A stretch of DNA of 62,869 nt, the filler included, from Diploschistes diacapsis (Eukaryota): NCBI GenBank assembly GCA_023645945.1. It is 14 parts of 14 records of this genome, joined end to end, with 100 filler letters (N's around TTAATTAATTAA, not from the genome) between each part and the next. Parts side by side here need not be neighbours in the genome. Positions count along the whole stretch, not along the records: positions 23,454 to 45,174 come from JALAIB010000297.1; positions 45,275 to 46,785 come from JALAIB010002970.1; positions 46,886 to 48,395 come from JALAIB010002971.1; positions 48,496 to 50,005 come from JALAIB010002972.1; 10 more parts are not named here. One strand, 5' to 3'. Below, piece by piece: positions 36,780 to 48,969 of this stretch; the stretch's first letter is position 1, and every line of letters begins with the position of its first letter. The position numbers and the translations under genes were made by a program. Below the pieces are notes generated by a model, which worked only from the letters and a program-made list of their open reading frames with translations, was not told where the DNA came from and searched no databases.

Positions 36780-37183
36780 AACTCATCTGTCTCATGTCTC
36801 ACTAGCACGCCATAGGAGTCATGAAACCGGTATGAAATGCGCGAGATATACCGACTGGACGGGTACGGCGTTTGCATACCTGGTGCGGCACTATGTGGCT
36901 CTGATCGGCTTCAACAAAGGAATCCTCGTTGAGGACATCTTTGCACTCGTCCAAGCAAAACATTCTCAGTGATGTCTTCCCGGCCGATTCACTTATGCAG
37001 TGGAACTGGAATGCCTCCCGCTTGGGAATTCTTGATTTCCTTGAGGCGCTGTGCTCGCTTAGGCATTTTACATGCCATTCCTCTATTAGTGAAACTCAAG
37101 GATGCGGCGGAGGTATGCTCTAAATGTTCGAAAATGACATCTTTGGGTCCATGTGGCAGATATTTCAACGCGGACTGCTTCAC
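36780..37183 (-). pseudogene. Frameshifted F-box paralog
   Basis: LKYLPHGPKDVIFEHLEHTSAASLSFTNR, then after a frameshift near 37030 EAFQFHCISESAGKTSLRMFCLDECK. This aligns with HYDFHSLGERDGKVESRYACDHCR of the 39059 gene. Confidence 0.6.
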
Positions 37184-39058
37184 CTGGGTTTACGAGTTCG
37201 TCGGCTCCCGGAAAACCTGGCTGATTGGGACACCGTGGATTTTGAAGTTCAATTTCGGTATATATGAAGATCTGAAAGGTTCTTGGAACTCGGTCACGTA
37301 TTGCTAGAGTTTCTAACCAAACAGATATCGGAGAATCAAGAAGACAAGTCGCAGAGAGCCCAAGAGAAAATTCGGAAAAATTCCGGTCTTCTTGCGTTGT
37401 ACCGTTAACATGCTACTGCAGGCTCGAGCAACATCTTGAAAGTATTAAAGCTGACATGCCGTAAAATAATGAACCAGGAGCATGTTCGCAGTCAGCTGTG
37501 ATTCAGATTGATTCTGAACTACTCGACCCGACCAGATGGAATCGTTCAAGAGAAGACACAGAATTATTGTTCTACTGGGAAATTCCACACCTTCATTGTC
37601 ATTGACCTCGAGTGCTTTGTCACCAACTCTTCTGTCCCAGGCTATATCTGCATGAAAATAGCCCTAAGGTGACTTTCCTTGGATTCGTAACCTACATTAA
37701 TAACTCGGGTTTCCAAATTCAAAGAGAACTTCATCGCGATAGCCTTCCTCTACACCAGAGCCCATCCAATAACTAACACTCAAGGCAACGAATAGAAATG
37801 GTCTCTATACTTTCGTAAAAAAGGAGGACCAAGAGTGACCATTCTGTTCTCCTCTCCATTAAATGCAGGGGCTAAACAAACCAATCTCCCTATCGGGTGT
37901 CCCTTTTTTCGAACATCCGCATATGTGCGCAACATGCTTGAAATACCCCCGAACGACCAGCGAGGAAGACTCTTGAGCTTCCGGGTATCACGTCCAAGGA
38001 GCTTCTTGTCTACATACGAATGATCAACTCCCTAAATGACGAGCCGGAAATCTCTTTCATCAAGCACGACATTGTCCGCAAGATTCTCAACGCCCAGCAA
38101 CTCTGCTCGCCGTCGCACGCACCCCAGGCCTGCGATGAGCGCTCCCACTTTTGCCTCGCCAGGAGTTCTGGGTCGTGGCATGCGAAATGTACTGTGTGGC
38201 CATGGCCTTGTTCGCGGACAACGAGCTTTTGAAAGAGCTGCAGATGGGTGGTCGGCTGCACGCTCCTCCATTCCATCTACCTACAGCGCGTTGACGACAT
38301 GGTTTCACTCTTGTTTGAGCACGACGGGGAGTGTTACCCAGACGATCCGTCGTGGGCTATCTTCATCGAGGCCCTCAAGGACGCAAATATCTGTGGATAC
38401 TTTACTAGACATGTGTCTGGCCGTGTGATACATATAGTGAGGTTGAGGAAGAACCGGCCATTCCAAGGGAGATCCCAGAACTACGCGACTTCCTGCAACA
38501 AGAGTAGTTGATTATATCGAACCACGAGGGACTTGAGTTTTCCGAAGATGTGTAATGGGGAATGATGCATGTTTGCTCGAGTAGGAAGGAATCGATATAT
38601 GCTGGAGCTAGGCTAGTGAGAGAATATATAGATTTGGAGCATGACGATTTTGGAACCGTCCGCTCGCACCATAATGAAAATAACCAGTTCTTTGTATTAC
38701 GCTCTAGTTCTTGTCTGCTGTACATGTTCTGTGATGTAGACCACCCTTCCCTCGTTATACCCAATTATCGGTCCCCTTCAGATTGTTGTAATGGTGCCGC
38801 TTATTTGGTCACTTGTTTATCCCTTGTAATGTAGAATATTTCTTTCTTGCTTTATTGAACAGTCGATCCCTTTGCTAGCAAGTAAATGTCTTGGGCTCCC
38901 CTTAATAGTTCATAGTACCTAACCCAGCAAAAAATTCTGGTGCCAACTGAGGCTTCATCTGCTCACTGAATACTGACAGCAAATTACGGCCGCGCACACG
39001 CAAGCTACCCGTGCTCTAGTGAGCTACATCAATCTCCTGAGCCTGGGCCACAACCTCC

Positions 39059-40312
39059 TCAAGTGACCTGAGACTCGGTGGCATCCTTAGGGTGAAATTG
39101 CGCCCTCGGCCCTTTAGGATTTTGCAAGGTAGAATCGGGTATCTGCTTAATCCACAATTCGTTATCCACATGGTACGGGTCTCCTAGATCCCGGACCACC
39201 GATACTTGGAGGGAAGTGACATGTTTGATGGTCGGGGCTATGCTAGAGTAAGTCCGAGAGAGTTGAAAATTAATTTTGCAGGAGCAGTGCTTGCAAACTA
39301 CCCTTGCCCCCGAGTAGTGGTATACGGGACAGGACATGGACTTGGTAAGAAGTGGGACTTTTCCGGAGATTTCAGCAAGCGCCGTCTTGATTTTTTGAAA
39401 GCTGATCTCACGAAGCTCATAGCTTCCAAAGTGGGGGCAAGCGACAATGGCGTTTGTTGGTTTTAGCAGTTCGTGCTGCAACTGCGCAAGCTCTGGTTCC
39501 CTACTGCATTCCAGCCCACCCAAGTAGAAGCGGTAGTCTACACTTACAAAAAACTCTCCATGACAGATATAAAGCCAAAGTATATGTGCCGCAGAGGGCT
39601 CCTCCAACGTAGAATATTCCTGTGGGCCCACAATATACAGCCCAAACGCTTCGAGAACTGAACAGCGCTTGCTGCGAGCAATTCCGAGAATTTGAGCGAT
39701 AACGATGCGTATCCAGTAGGCTTGGTCTGGCCTCTGTGATTGGAGCACCCAAGCGAAGAGTTGACGGATATCATCCTGCCTACAGTGGAAGCCAGGGAAA
39801 ATTTCGACTTCGGCCAGAGCAGCCTTACATATACGAGGCCCTTCCTCTCGTGCTTCACGTAGCCTAGCCATTGACTCTGGGAACTTACTTGCCTTATGCA
39901 CCATGCGACAATGGTCACAAGCGTACCGGGATTCGACTTTGCCATCACGTTCGCCTAGCGAATGAAAATCATAGTGTGACAGAGGGTATAAGAGAACTCC
40001 ATGGAGCAATCTTTTTCGTGGCATCGTATTGGCGAGGATTCTGCACATTGAACTAAGTGACAGTTGCGCAACGTCTGGCAAGTTGGATTGTATCATGAGA
40101 AAGATCTCGCGAGGTAGATTGAGAAGAAAGGATTCCGTAGAAGGGTGAAGACTGCTGGACTTCGAGTGATTCGGGCGGGCTTGCCGATAGGATAAGTTTG
40201 AGCTGGTGGAGGGTTTTCTGACGAGTCTGATCTGCCCATCGTGGTTGGTGGAGCCAGGCTTTGCTTGGAGACATGTTGTATGAGAAGACCTGACGAAAGC
40301 CAACGCTATCAA
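39059..40312 (-). CDS. F-box domain protein, paralog of the 34535 gene; true start probably in an upstream exon
   Basis: FLLNLPREIFLMIQSNLPDVAQLSLSSMCR F-box, CDHCRMVH, ACPH, CKHC and VVRDLG...W. Acceptor-like TTCTTCAG near 40317. Confidence 0.72.
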   Translation of the reverse strand: MIALAFVRSSHTTCLQAKPGSTNHDGQIRLVRKPSTSSNLSYRQARPNHSKSSSLHPSTESFLLNLPREIFLMIQSNLPDVAQLSLSSMCRILANTMPRKRLLHGVLLYPLSHYDFHSLGERDGKVESRYACDHCRMVHKASKFPESMARLREAREEGPRICKAALAEVEIFPGFHCRQDDIRQLFAWVLQSQRPDQAYWIRIVIAQILGIARSKRCSVLEAFGLYIVGPQEYSTLEEPSAAHILWLYICHGEFFVSVDYRFYLGGLECSREPELAQLQHELLKPTNAIVACPHFGSYELREISFQKIKTALAEISGKVPLLTKSMSCPVYHYSGARVVCKHCSCKINFQLSRTYSSIAPTIKHVTSLQVSVVRDLGDPYHVDNELWIKQIPDSTLQNPKGPRAQFHPKDATESQVT

Positions 40313-41614
40313 CGTCCTGAAGAAGAGCTAATAGAACAAGTTGCGATGTACGAAATCATCAAACACTACGAGGAATAAATAAGGGGCAATACTAGACAAA
40401 ACTGAAATCAGTATCTTCCCATGGGAACCAAGTCGATAAATATCTATGACAGTTTTTTGACCCTCCCATTACATGGTTCATTGAGACTAAAGAGATGCAT
40501 CCTACCATATTCTTATCTTGTGCTTCCTGCTTAGAGTGCAGTGCGCAATATTCCTCATCAAAGGGTTTCCAACAGTGAAGCCGGGTCTAGCAAGGACCAA
40601 GACTATACCGGTTTTAGCAAGATGGCCTTGGGAATGCCTCGAGTCACATGAGAAGCTTATAAGCGAAGTATAAATGACAGGCACGACTTGCCAGTTCTAC
40701 TACGAAACAGAACACATGGTCTCTTTGTGATTTGGTCTGAAAGGGGAGACTGATGTAAGCGATAAGTTTTGAGTGCTGGGATGTTATTCCTTTTGGAAGC
40801 AGTCATTGTCTCTAATCTGGAGATGACCTGTTGCTTTTGAACTAGATGTTATAGACCTAGAAGAGCAGGAAACCTTTTGGTTGTGTTATCTCAAGGCTCT
40901 ACCTATGTGTATTCGATGAGCTGTTCTTTTAATATTGTAAACTGGCGAAACACGGTGGAGAGGTCAAGGGATTTTGGCTACCACTGTTATTATTAGATCC
41001 CTTTAACATCCCAAGGGAACAACGCATTGGATACGCACCGGTAGAGCCTCAAGATAAAACAAGAAAGATTTTCGCTCTTAGGTCACTGTTTCTCTTGGAA
41101 ACAAAGCCACGGACACTTACCTCTCTGCGAAGGTAGAAAGGGAAGTGAGGAAGCACCATATGATTATTGGCATATCAGGTTGGTATTCTCTCCTAATGTA
41201 ACCTGTGGCTACAAAGCTTTAGTAAAGGTATGGACTTTGATGTTGGAGGTTGAGACTGAATGGGCTGATTTTCAAGGGGCACTAACGGTACAAAGTTTTT
41301 CCGCTTCGGGTTTCGTCGTATTCTTCATAAAGACAAGTTTAGGAAAGCAACAAATTCATCTCTCAGATTGATTCCATACATGCAATGATTCGCGAGAAAA
41401 AGCAAGCAAGCAAGCTATACCTAAGAAAATAGCTCCGTGACTGGGTAGGTAACAAAGCCCAAAAGCCCCGGAGCAGCAACCGAGTATCTCAACAGAAAGA
41501 ATCTAGTCCTTAACTGCTTGGCATTCACGCTTCTACAATCCACTCTTCGCAACGGAGTACGGCCTTGAACTACCAGCTTCACAATATGCTGCATTAGTTG
41601 CTGCTGGATCCTAG

Positions 41615-42106
41615 TCAGTGTCTGCGGAGCGTCTGCTCGGGCTTCTGCTCAGATTTCTGCTCGGGACGGACTTCACCTTTGCCTACGCCGCCTGCATTAG
41701 CTGTAGACTGAACATATTTGGCCTTGGTGCGCGCTTTTCGTTCTTTTCCACTGCGATTAAAAAACTCATTATCCTTCTGCTCTTGTTGAGCCTTTTCTTC
41801 GGCTAGTCTTGCCTTCCTTTCCTCTTTGTACGCTCTGTCAGTTGTTTCTTTACACCGAGGGCAATTCTCCGGCTTGCATGGATACGCATTCGTATACCGA
41901 CATGTCGAGCACACCTCTACGTGCTTGAGCTCGTAGCACTTGTCGGTCACAAGAGTCTTACACCGCGGACTAAATCATGTTAGCAACAGTCAACAGTGGA
42001 TGTGGGCTCCTACATACCAATGATGAAGATTCGTGGCCGGCCTCTTTTTATTGCTCAACTTGTATGGCTGGTTGTCGGGCTTCTCCGGAAGCTTTGGGCA
42101 ATGCAT
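41615..42106 (-). CDS. Small Cys-rich hypothetical protein (147 aa) with charged C-terminal tail
   Basis: ATG at 42106; intron 42017-41970 (GTATGT...GCTAAC...TAG). Spliced product MHCPKLPEK...HHCPRCKTLVTDKCYELKHVEVCSTC...CPRC. Confidence 0.65.
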
Positions 42107-42655
42107 GTGGTTTATTTACAAACTTTGAAAACTGTCCGTTTCGCAGCGACAGTACGATGTCTCCTTGTCTGCAGTTTAGGCGCTTGCTCTTCCAATACCT
42201 TGAGATATGAGTATGCGAAGTTGATTTGACTGGGAAGATTCATGGCTCAATTTATATAAATCGAGAAGAAGAGAAGTTGCCTTGAAACTCTTCTGATGGG
42301 CTGTTGTTGAAGTGCAGTGCTGTCAATGGAAACGACAATGGAATTCATCTGTTGTTGATCAATGTGGATTGTGTTGGCTTCGATTTCATAACAAACACGC
42401 TTTAACTCCAGACAAAGCCATGCAACAACTCGGCTCTTATAATATTGACAAAGAAGGCTTGGTCTACACTACAAGGCGCCTTAATTCGCTGTCGGGAATT
42501 TTCAATCCTAATCTATTTAAGAGTAAGTCTCGCCACATGTCCTCGCTCATACTCCACTCGCAATTCATCAACCTAATTATCTCTGTATCATAGCACAGTC
42601 ACGATCTCACACGAACCATCCAATAGCCTGTGCAGAGGAGTCCAGAAAGAGCATT

Positions 42656-44977
42656 ATGGATTCACCAAAACCTAGTGTAGGGCGGCTGTCTCAGAACACT
42701 TCACATTCGACCTCTGGAAATGCGAGTGATGATTATAGTCGCTTCCGGGAGGTCATGGATGCAATCAACGCTGGCGCTATACCCCAAATTGTATCGGATG
42801 TTCGGGGCGAAGGCCTGTCTTGTGCAATGGACGAGTATATGTGTGCAGGTAGCTACAATCTCATCATTAGTCTCACCTTTACCGACGGCATTAAGTGGGC
42901 GGTCCGTATACCTCAGCATGGAACTCGAGAGCACTTTGGCGAGGAAGAAGCCCAAGCTATGCGTCGGGAAATGGAACTCCTTCGCGCAATTCGACTGAAG
43001 ACTACGATCCCTATCCCGGAAGTCTATCATTTTGACACGAGCTTCGAGAACGAGCTAGGAGCACCCTTTAGTGTGGTACAGTGGCTTGAAGGGGAACCAG
43101 TTACAGATCTCTGGTGGGACTCTAACGGACCAACAACCTTAGCCGATCGCCGGCTGCGCATCCTAGGTTCCCTGGCTAAGAACATGGCACAACTGGCGTT
43201 TCTTAACTCCTCTAAGATCGGAGTACCTGAGATAGAATTCCAAAAAGACAGCGAGGTGGCTGTTATTCGACAAGAGGCGATACGGATCCGCGACGACTAC
43301 AATGAGTTTGACATGATGACGCAAGGTATCAAGGCTATTCTATTTTATGAATCTGGGCCCTTTGATACTACCGCCGCTTTCTATCACTCCATACTAGACC
43401 ATGTCAACCCACAGCCACCCGCAGCCTGGGCTCGTGGATCACGGATGATGCTTAGACTCATGGTCGAAGCAATCGGTTCGCACCAATCGGACTCCGAGAA
43501 GCGCTTTGTCCTTTCACATCCAGACCTAGATGTTCAGAATATTCTTATAGCCGAGGACGGTACGGTTACTGCTATACTGGACTGGGATGGTAGTCGTATT
43601 GGTCCTGAAGAGCTTGGATACTCCAAGTATCCGGCTTTCCTTCGAAACGATTGGAACCCTGATCATTATCCCTTTTGGTCCAAAGATCCCGAGCGCCGCA
43701 TGTTCGAGAACTCGCCGCGGGAACTACGAGAATTCCGAAAGTTCTATCATGATCAAATGACCTCTCGCATAGGCTCAGCTAGTCTCAAGACTGTGAACTC
43801 GCATGTGTTCGAATCGCTTGAAATTGCTTGCAAAAATCCCGTTGCTGGCTTCAAAATCATCTGCAAGCTATTCCGCGTATGCTTCAAGAAATGTCCTTTC
43901 CCAGTTATCCATCTTCCAAATGGACAGTTTGAGCTTCTAGAGGCATCTTCGTCGTGCAACGCGTCGGCTTCGGGCAGCTCCGAGGCTGATTCAGAAAACG
44001 GGAGTGTGTTTTCGAAGACCGGAGAACACGATACTGAGATCCCCGACGATGGCTATGATACCCGCGAAACCTCGCCTGGCCATGAATGGCCTCCCCAAGA
44101 CGCCCTGCCCACCGATGCTCAAGCCGACGCTTGTTCACTTGAGGGCTTCACCAAAGCTAAATCGGTCGTCGAGTCCAATTCGGCCGGAACGGTCACCTCC
44201 AACAAGCCTGGAAATATTGGACCAGACGCACTTCGACCTTCCATCGCAGCAGCGATCAAAACCTTTATCATTCTGTTGATGATTCTGGGTTGGCTCTTGA
44301 CGGTTCTTTTTGCATCATCTCTGGCTCTCCTATCCATCTCATACCGGGTTGGAAAAGCCGTCTTCATAGAGGATACCGCGGTGGACTTCACGCAGCACCT
44401 TGGTTCTATCGGTCAGTACTACGGCCAGGCCTTGATTGCACCCTTTACTTGGCTACGATCTGCACGTCGAGACTATGAAATCAAGCAGCATGGGGAGCAA
44501 CTTCATCACACTACCTCTATCCCTCCATTGTACACACAACCCCACATTAGCGATACCGAAAAGCCAGAGCCGGCCTCCCCCAACAATGAGACGCAAGACC
44601 TCGATACCGAACAAAACGGCGACAGCGACGACGAAGAGGTCGGACCCACCCACGATGATGAGTGTGAGAGCTATGAAGAAAAAAGCGATGTCGGTAGCGA
44701 TGGTGGAGATGAGGACGACAAATCGGAAGACGGTGAAGACGACGAAGCAGACGACGAAGAGGACGACGAAGAGGACGACTCCGACGACGACGACTCGGAT
44801 GATGCCTTCAAAGAGCTCATGGCAGACCCGAACCGACATACCGAGGGCTGGTTCTACCATCTCTTCAATGCTCTCGCGGAAGACAAACTATCGAGCAGCC
44901 AGAAGGATGTCCTGAGGAACCGCTTCGCAGAAGTTTTTTTCTCCACCGAGATCGTCGAGGAAGAGGGCTTGGAATAG
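42656..44977 (+). CDS. APH/choline-kinase-like phosphotransferase with a TM segment and acidic tail
   Basis: 773-aa ORF. GSYN, WAVRIP, TTIPIPEVY, LSHPDLDVQNIL and ILDWD. Hydrophobic FIILLMILGWLLTVLFASSLALL and a D/E tract. Confidence 0.85.
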   Translation: MDSPKPSVGRLSQNTSHSTSGNASDDYSRFREVMDAINAGAIPQIVSDVRGEGLSCAMDEYMCAGSYNLIISLTFTDGIKWAVRIPQHGTREHFGEEEAQAMRREMELLRAIRLKTTIPIPEVYHFDTSFENELGAPFSVVQWLEGEPVTDLWWDSNGPTTLADRRLRILGSLAKNMAQLAFLNSSKIGVPEIEFQKDSEVAVIRQEAIRIRDDYNEFDMMTQGIKAILFYESGPFDTTAAFYHSILDHVNPQPPAAWARGSRMMLRLMVEAIGSHQSDSEKRFVLSHPDLDVQNILIAEDGTVTAILDWDGSRIGPEELGYSKYPAFLRNDWNPDHYPFWSKDPERRMFENSPRELREFRKFYHDQMTSRIGSASLKTVNSHVFESLEIACKNPVAGFKIICKLFRVCFKKCPFPVIHLPNGQFELLEASSSCNASASGSSEADSENGSVFSKTGEHDTEIPDDGYDTRETSPGHEWPPQDALPTDAQADACSLEGFTKAKSVVESNSAGTVTSNKPGNIGPDALRPSIAAAIKTFIILLMILGWLLTVLFASSLALLSISYRVGKAVFIEDTAVDFTQHLGSIGQYYGQALIAPFTWLRSARRDYEIKQHGEQLHHTTSIPPLYTQPHISDTEKPEPASPNNETQDLDTEQNGDSDDEEVGPTHDDECESYEEKSDVGSDGGDEDDKSEDGEDDEADDEEDDEEDDSDDDDSDDAFKELMADPNRHTEGWFYHLFNALAEDKLSSSQKDVLRNRFAEVFFSTEIVEEEGLE

Positions 44978-45274
44978 ATTTTAGGTTCATGTACGATGAG
45001 ATTAAGTGGGCTTTGAGCACGGGTAGCATTGAGATTGGGTTAGCGTATCGAGTTGCAAGTCTCTGTTGTCGCCGAATGGGGTTTGAATCTAATGTTCTTG
45101 GGGAGCAGCAGCTGAAGTAGAGTTCCAAGTGAAGGGGGCCGAGTTTGAAACTGCTCAGGGAGCTCTTCGGGCTCNNNNNNNNNNNNNNNNNNNNNNNNNN
45201 NNNNNNNNNNNNNNNNNNTTAATTAATTAANNNNNNNNNNNNNNNNNNNNNNNNNNNNNNNNNNNNNNNNNNNN

Positions 45275-45715
45275 ATAAATATCGATGTTTTAATTAATAA
45301 ATCCTGTTCTAATTAGAAGAAAGGAATTAAAAGATTTAGCAGAAGATCTTCAATTAAAGGAAAGAAATGCTTTAAATGTAATAAGATTAGTTACTTCGCT
45401 CGAGATTATAGAAATAAGAACAAAATTTATAAAAAAGATATTCTAATTATAATTATTTTATAATTTAACGTAATTACGTTATATCTTATAAAAGACTATT
45501 TAATAGATAGACAGCCTTAAAAGGAAATTATAATTAAATCGAATAATATAATTTAATAAAGCGACACCGACGAATCTATTAATAAAAATCCCGAAACCAC
45601 GTCTTTATTAATTATAATATTAATAAACGAGGTTTCGAAAAGTAACGACATTTTAAAAGATATAATAGAATATAATAAAACGATAAAACAATTACTCGCG
45701 GAAATATAGACATAT
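45275..45715 (+). mobile_element. RIP-mutated retrotransposon gag relic
   Basis: Degenerate zinc knuckle KCFKCNKISYFARDY at about 45365-45410. Confidence 0.55.
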
Positions 45716-45883
45716 TGTAAACATAAAGTAGGCCGCAGACTTGGTGGGGGTGGCCCCTACAGGGCAGCTCCATTTAAGGAGGCCTGCTAGGTAGCTCTAG
45801 GCAAGGAATGCATTTTATATTTCATAAATGTTTTACCTAGGTATGTTATTGATAACGAAATCATATTATATTCCTTTATTACA
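45716..45883. mobile_element. LTR, 168 bp
   Basis: TGTAA...TTACA termini; GC-richer than its flanks. Confidence 0.6.
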
Positions 45884-47924
45884 TCACCTACGACTACCTA
45901 TTTATTATAGCAAGGGAAGTTTCCCTAGACAGCGCGTCTTATATTTATAATGAAGGTTAATTTAAGGACTTGTTTAAGTACCCTTTTACATCTTACGAAA
46001 GGTAAGAAGAAGGTTACGATCTAAAAGTTCCAGGCATAATAGGAAGATATTGTTTGCAAGAATATGGAGAAAGAAATAAAGGAGGCATCTGATTGTCCTT
46101 GAATGGCCTACTAGTATTGGAAGGATGAAAGAGTAGAATTTAGTTAAGATATATTTAGAAGATTGGGCTGCGAATAGGTGGGATCTTGAGAAAGAATTGG
46201 AAGTTAAAGATTATTGATATTGGAAACGATAGGTATTATTGGCTCGAGTTACTCGGTACCGGACGGAAATTAAATAAATTGATTAGGATTACGCGAATAT
46301 GAATACGAGGGAAAGGAGATCGAATACGAATGAATAGATTAAATAAGATGATACGAATACGAACGGTAGGGAATAGGGATCGAATACGAGTTTTAGGGAA
46401 GAATAGTAAAAAATAAATGAATAAAAGAATTAATATTATCGGAACGAGAGAATTAGGGAATAAGAAAGAGAAAAAAAAAGAAAAAAAATAATAAAAGAAT
46501 GAGGCGGATATGAAGAGCAAGGAAAGAAAGTTTGGTGTATTATTGAAGCTAGGGGTTTTATAGTAGAAAGAATAAAAGAAAGTATGGTATTATGATTCTA
46601 AAAAGAAATCAAAAGGCTATAAAAAGGAGGCGGTAAAATAGCGTAAAGAGTTAAGCAAGAAGTATCATTCTTTTTCTTCTTTATATCGTTTATAGATTAA
46701 TTCGGAAGATTATTTACGGATTATCGCGTCTTTCTTTCTCTCGTGGTTAGTTTATAATTTCTTTTAAATATTAGTAATATTAGGGNNNNNNNNNNNNNNN
46801 NNNNNNNNNNNNNNNNNNNNNNNNNNNNNTTAATTAATTAANNNNNNNNNNNNNNNNNNNNNNNNNNNNNNNNNNNNNNNNNNNNAAATCACCTTGATCA
46901 ATACCCCGTGTCTACATTGTAGAGGTAGAGATCATAACAATTTTCTTCGTACGAAGAAAACTATTAATTTTAAATATTATAGAAAAGCGAGATTCGTTAT
47001 TTAAAATATAAGATTATATATTATATAATATATAAAAATAATAAAAAAAGCTTCGTACGTATTTAAAGAACGATCGGATCGTTTGTCGTATTAGGTCTTT
47101 TTAATAATAACGGCCTTTTTTTATTTCTATTATTTTTATTTTTTATTTTTATTTTTTTGGTTTTTCTATTTCTAGAACCGGTATAACTGATTTATCGTTA
47201 GAGGACAAGTTAGACGAATTATCGTATTGATCTTTATTCTCGTACAATCACCGGTATCTTACGGAATGGTTCCGTTATTTATAATTAACGTAATATTTAT
47301 CGAAATAACTAGTTAAGCGGCGGTATTTCGAGAAAAACGTGAAATTACGTTAATAATACTCGATATATCGTACGCCACGCGTACGATCGCGGGATTAAAT
47401 AAGGATTATATTCACGTACGAAACCCGATGCGATTTAATCTATTTAAATATAATGCGTCCTCGTACGAAAGTAATATTAATATCGAGTAAAATAAAGACC
47501 GCACGTTACGTCACGTTATGAACGAAATTCGTTAATTATTATTTTTTAACGACGAGCTAGTTATACGGCCCTCTTTTCCTTTTTTTTCTTTTTATTATAC
47601 CGCCGCCGCTGCCGTCGGGAGGAATTTAAGATATTATCGTTTTATAAATATATTAGTTTCGTACGTAGTAATGGGAAGATTTATATTATAGAAAAGTATT
47701 TGAACGAATTTAAAAAAGGCCGAAGAACGGCCGCGTAGGGATGAAAGTGGGGTAATATAATTGAAAAGATTTAATTTCGTATAAATAAAATAATTTTATG
47801 TGTGGTTATGGGGCTCAAAAACTCGTTTAATTATATTATAATGTAGTGTTCCGTTTCCTGGGGTGTTCCGTTTCCTGGGGAAAGATGTTAGTAGTAGTAG
47901 GATTATTAAATTTTGTTGGTATTA

Positions 47925-48250
47925 ACGTGTTTCACCATTTCACCAGGAAACGGGTCACACCACGAAGCGGGTCACAATCCCTGCACCTTCGTAAAACGTA
48001 TTTCTAAAAGGCCGAAGAACGGGGTAGTGTAATTGAAAACAGATTTAGCTTCGTATAAATATGAAAGCCCTCGATCTAACGCAATTACATTATAATGTAT
48101 GACCCGTTTCGTGGGGTCACCCGTTTCCTGGTGAAACACGTTAACGTGTTTCATTACACAACGGAACACACCACAAAGCGGAACATTACATTATAACGTA
48201 ACTGCGCTAGATCGAGGGCTTCCATATTTATACGAAGCTAAATCTGTTTT
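47925..48250. mobile_element. Two abutting MITEs of the 21130 family (47925-48141 complete; 48144 to about 48250 truncated)
   Basis: Junction GAAACACGT-TA-ACGTGTTTCA. Shared internal motifs CCCTGCACCTTCGTAAA and TTACATTATAA. Confidence 0.85.
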
Positions 48251-48969
48251 TGTCAGATTATTAACCTAAATGGGTTAGTCTATCTGACTAGTTAACACTA
48301 GTAGAACCCTGAAGGTTCTTTAACCCTTCAGGACACGCCATTAACAACTATTGAACATCCTACTAACTATAGTCAAACATCCTACTAGTAGTTATNNNNN
48401 NNNNNNNNNNNNNNNNNNNNNNNNNNNNNNNNNNNNNNNTTAATTAATTAANNNNNNNNNNNNNNNNNNNNNNNNNNNNNNNNNNNNNNNNNNNNTTATC
48501 ATACCGTCCATCTGTTTCGTTATAAAAGGTGGGTTCGTCTTAACCGGAAGAACTATATATCGATATTTTAAAAAATTATAAATAGGGTACGCATTTAGGC
48601 GGAATCCCGATTAAAATTAAAAGAAAAAAAAAGATAAAAACTTTTCTCTTAATTAATAAAACACGAGACCCGAATAAAAAGATTACGAAAGATTTTTAAA
48701 TTAATCGAAAAGAAATTTATAAAATAAACAAAATACCTTATTGATTAATTAGATAAAAAGACGGAGACGGTTGGCGATCCGAATAATAGTATAATATTTA
48801 CGGTCAACCCGTAGGATTTATAATTGTTAACGACTATATCGCCGTCGCAAATAAACTGAGAATTAAGAAATAGTATACTATCGATGGCGTAAGAAGGAAC
48901 ATCTGTTTCGTTAATTTTATAAAATGTTTCATTAATCCCACGTTAATTAATCCGTTAACGAATAAATAT

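Noticed and set aside
33500..45174. Starship or other giant-element cargo interpretation of the accessory block
   Set aside because: No tyrosine-recombinase captain or element boundary is visible on this contig.
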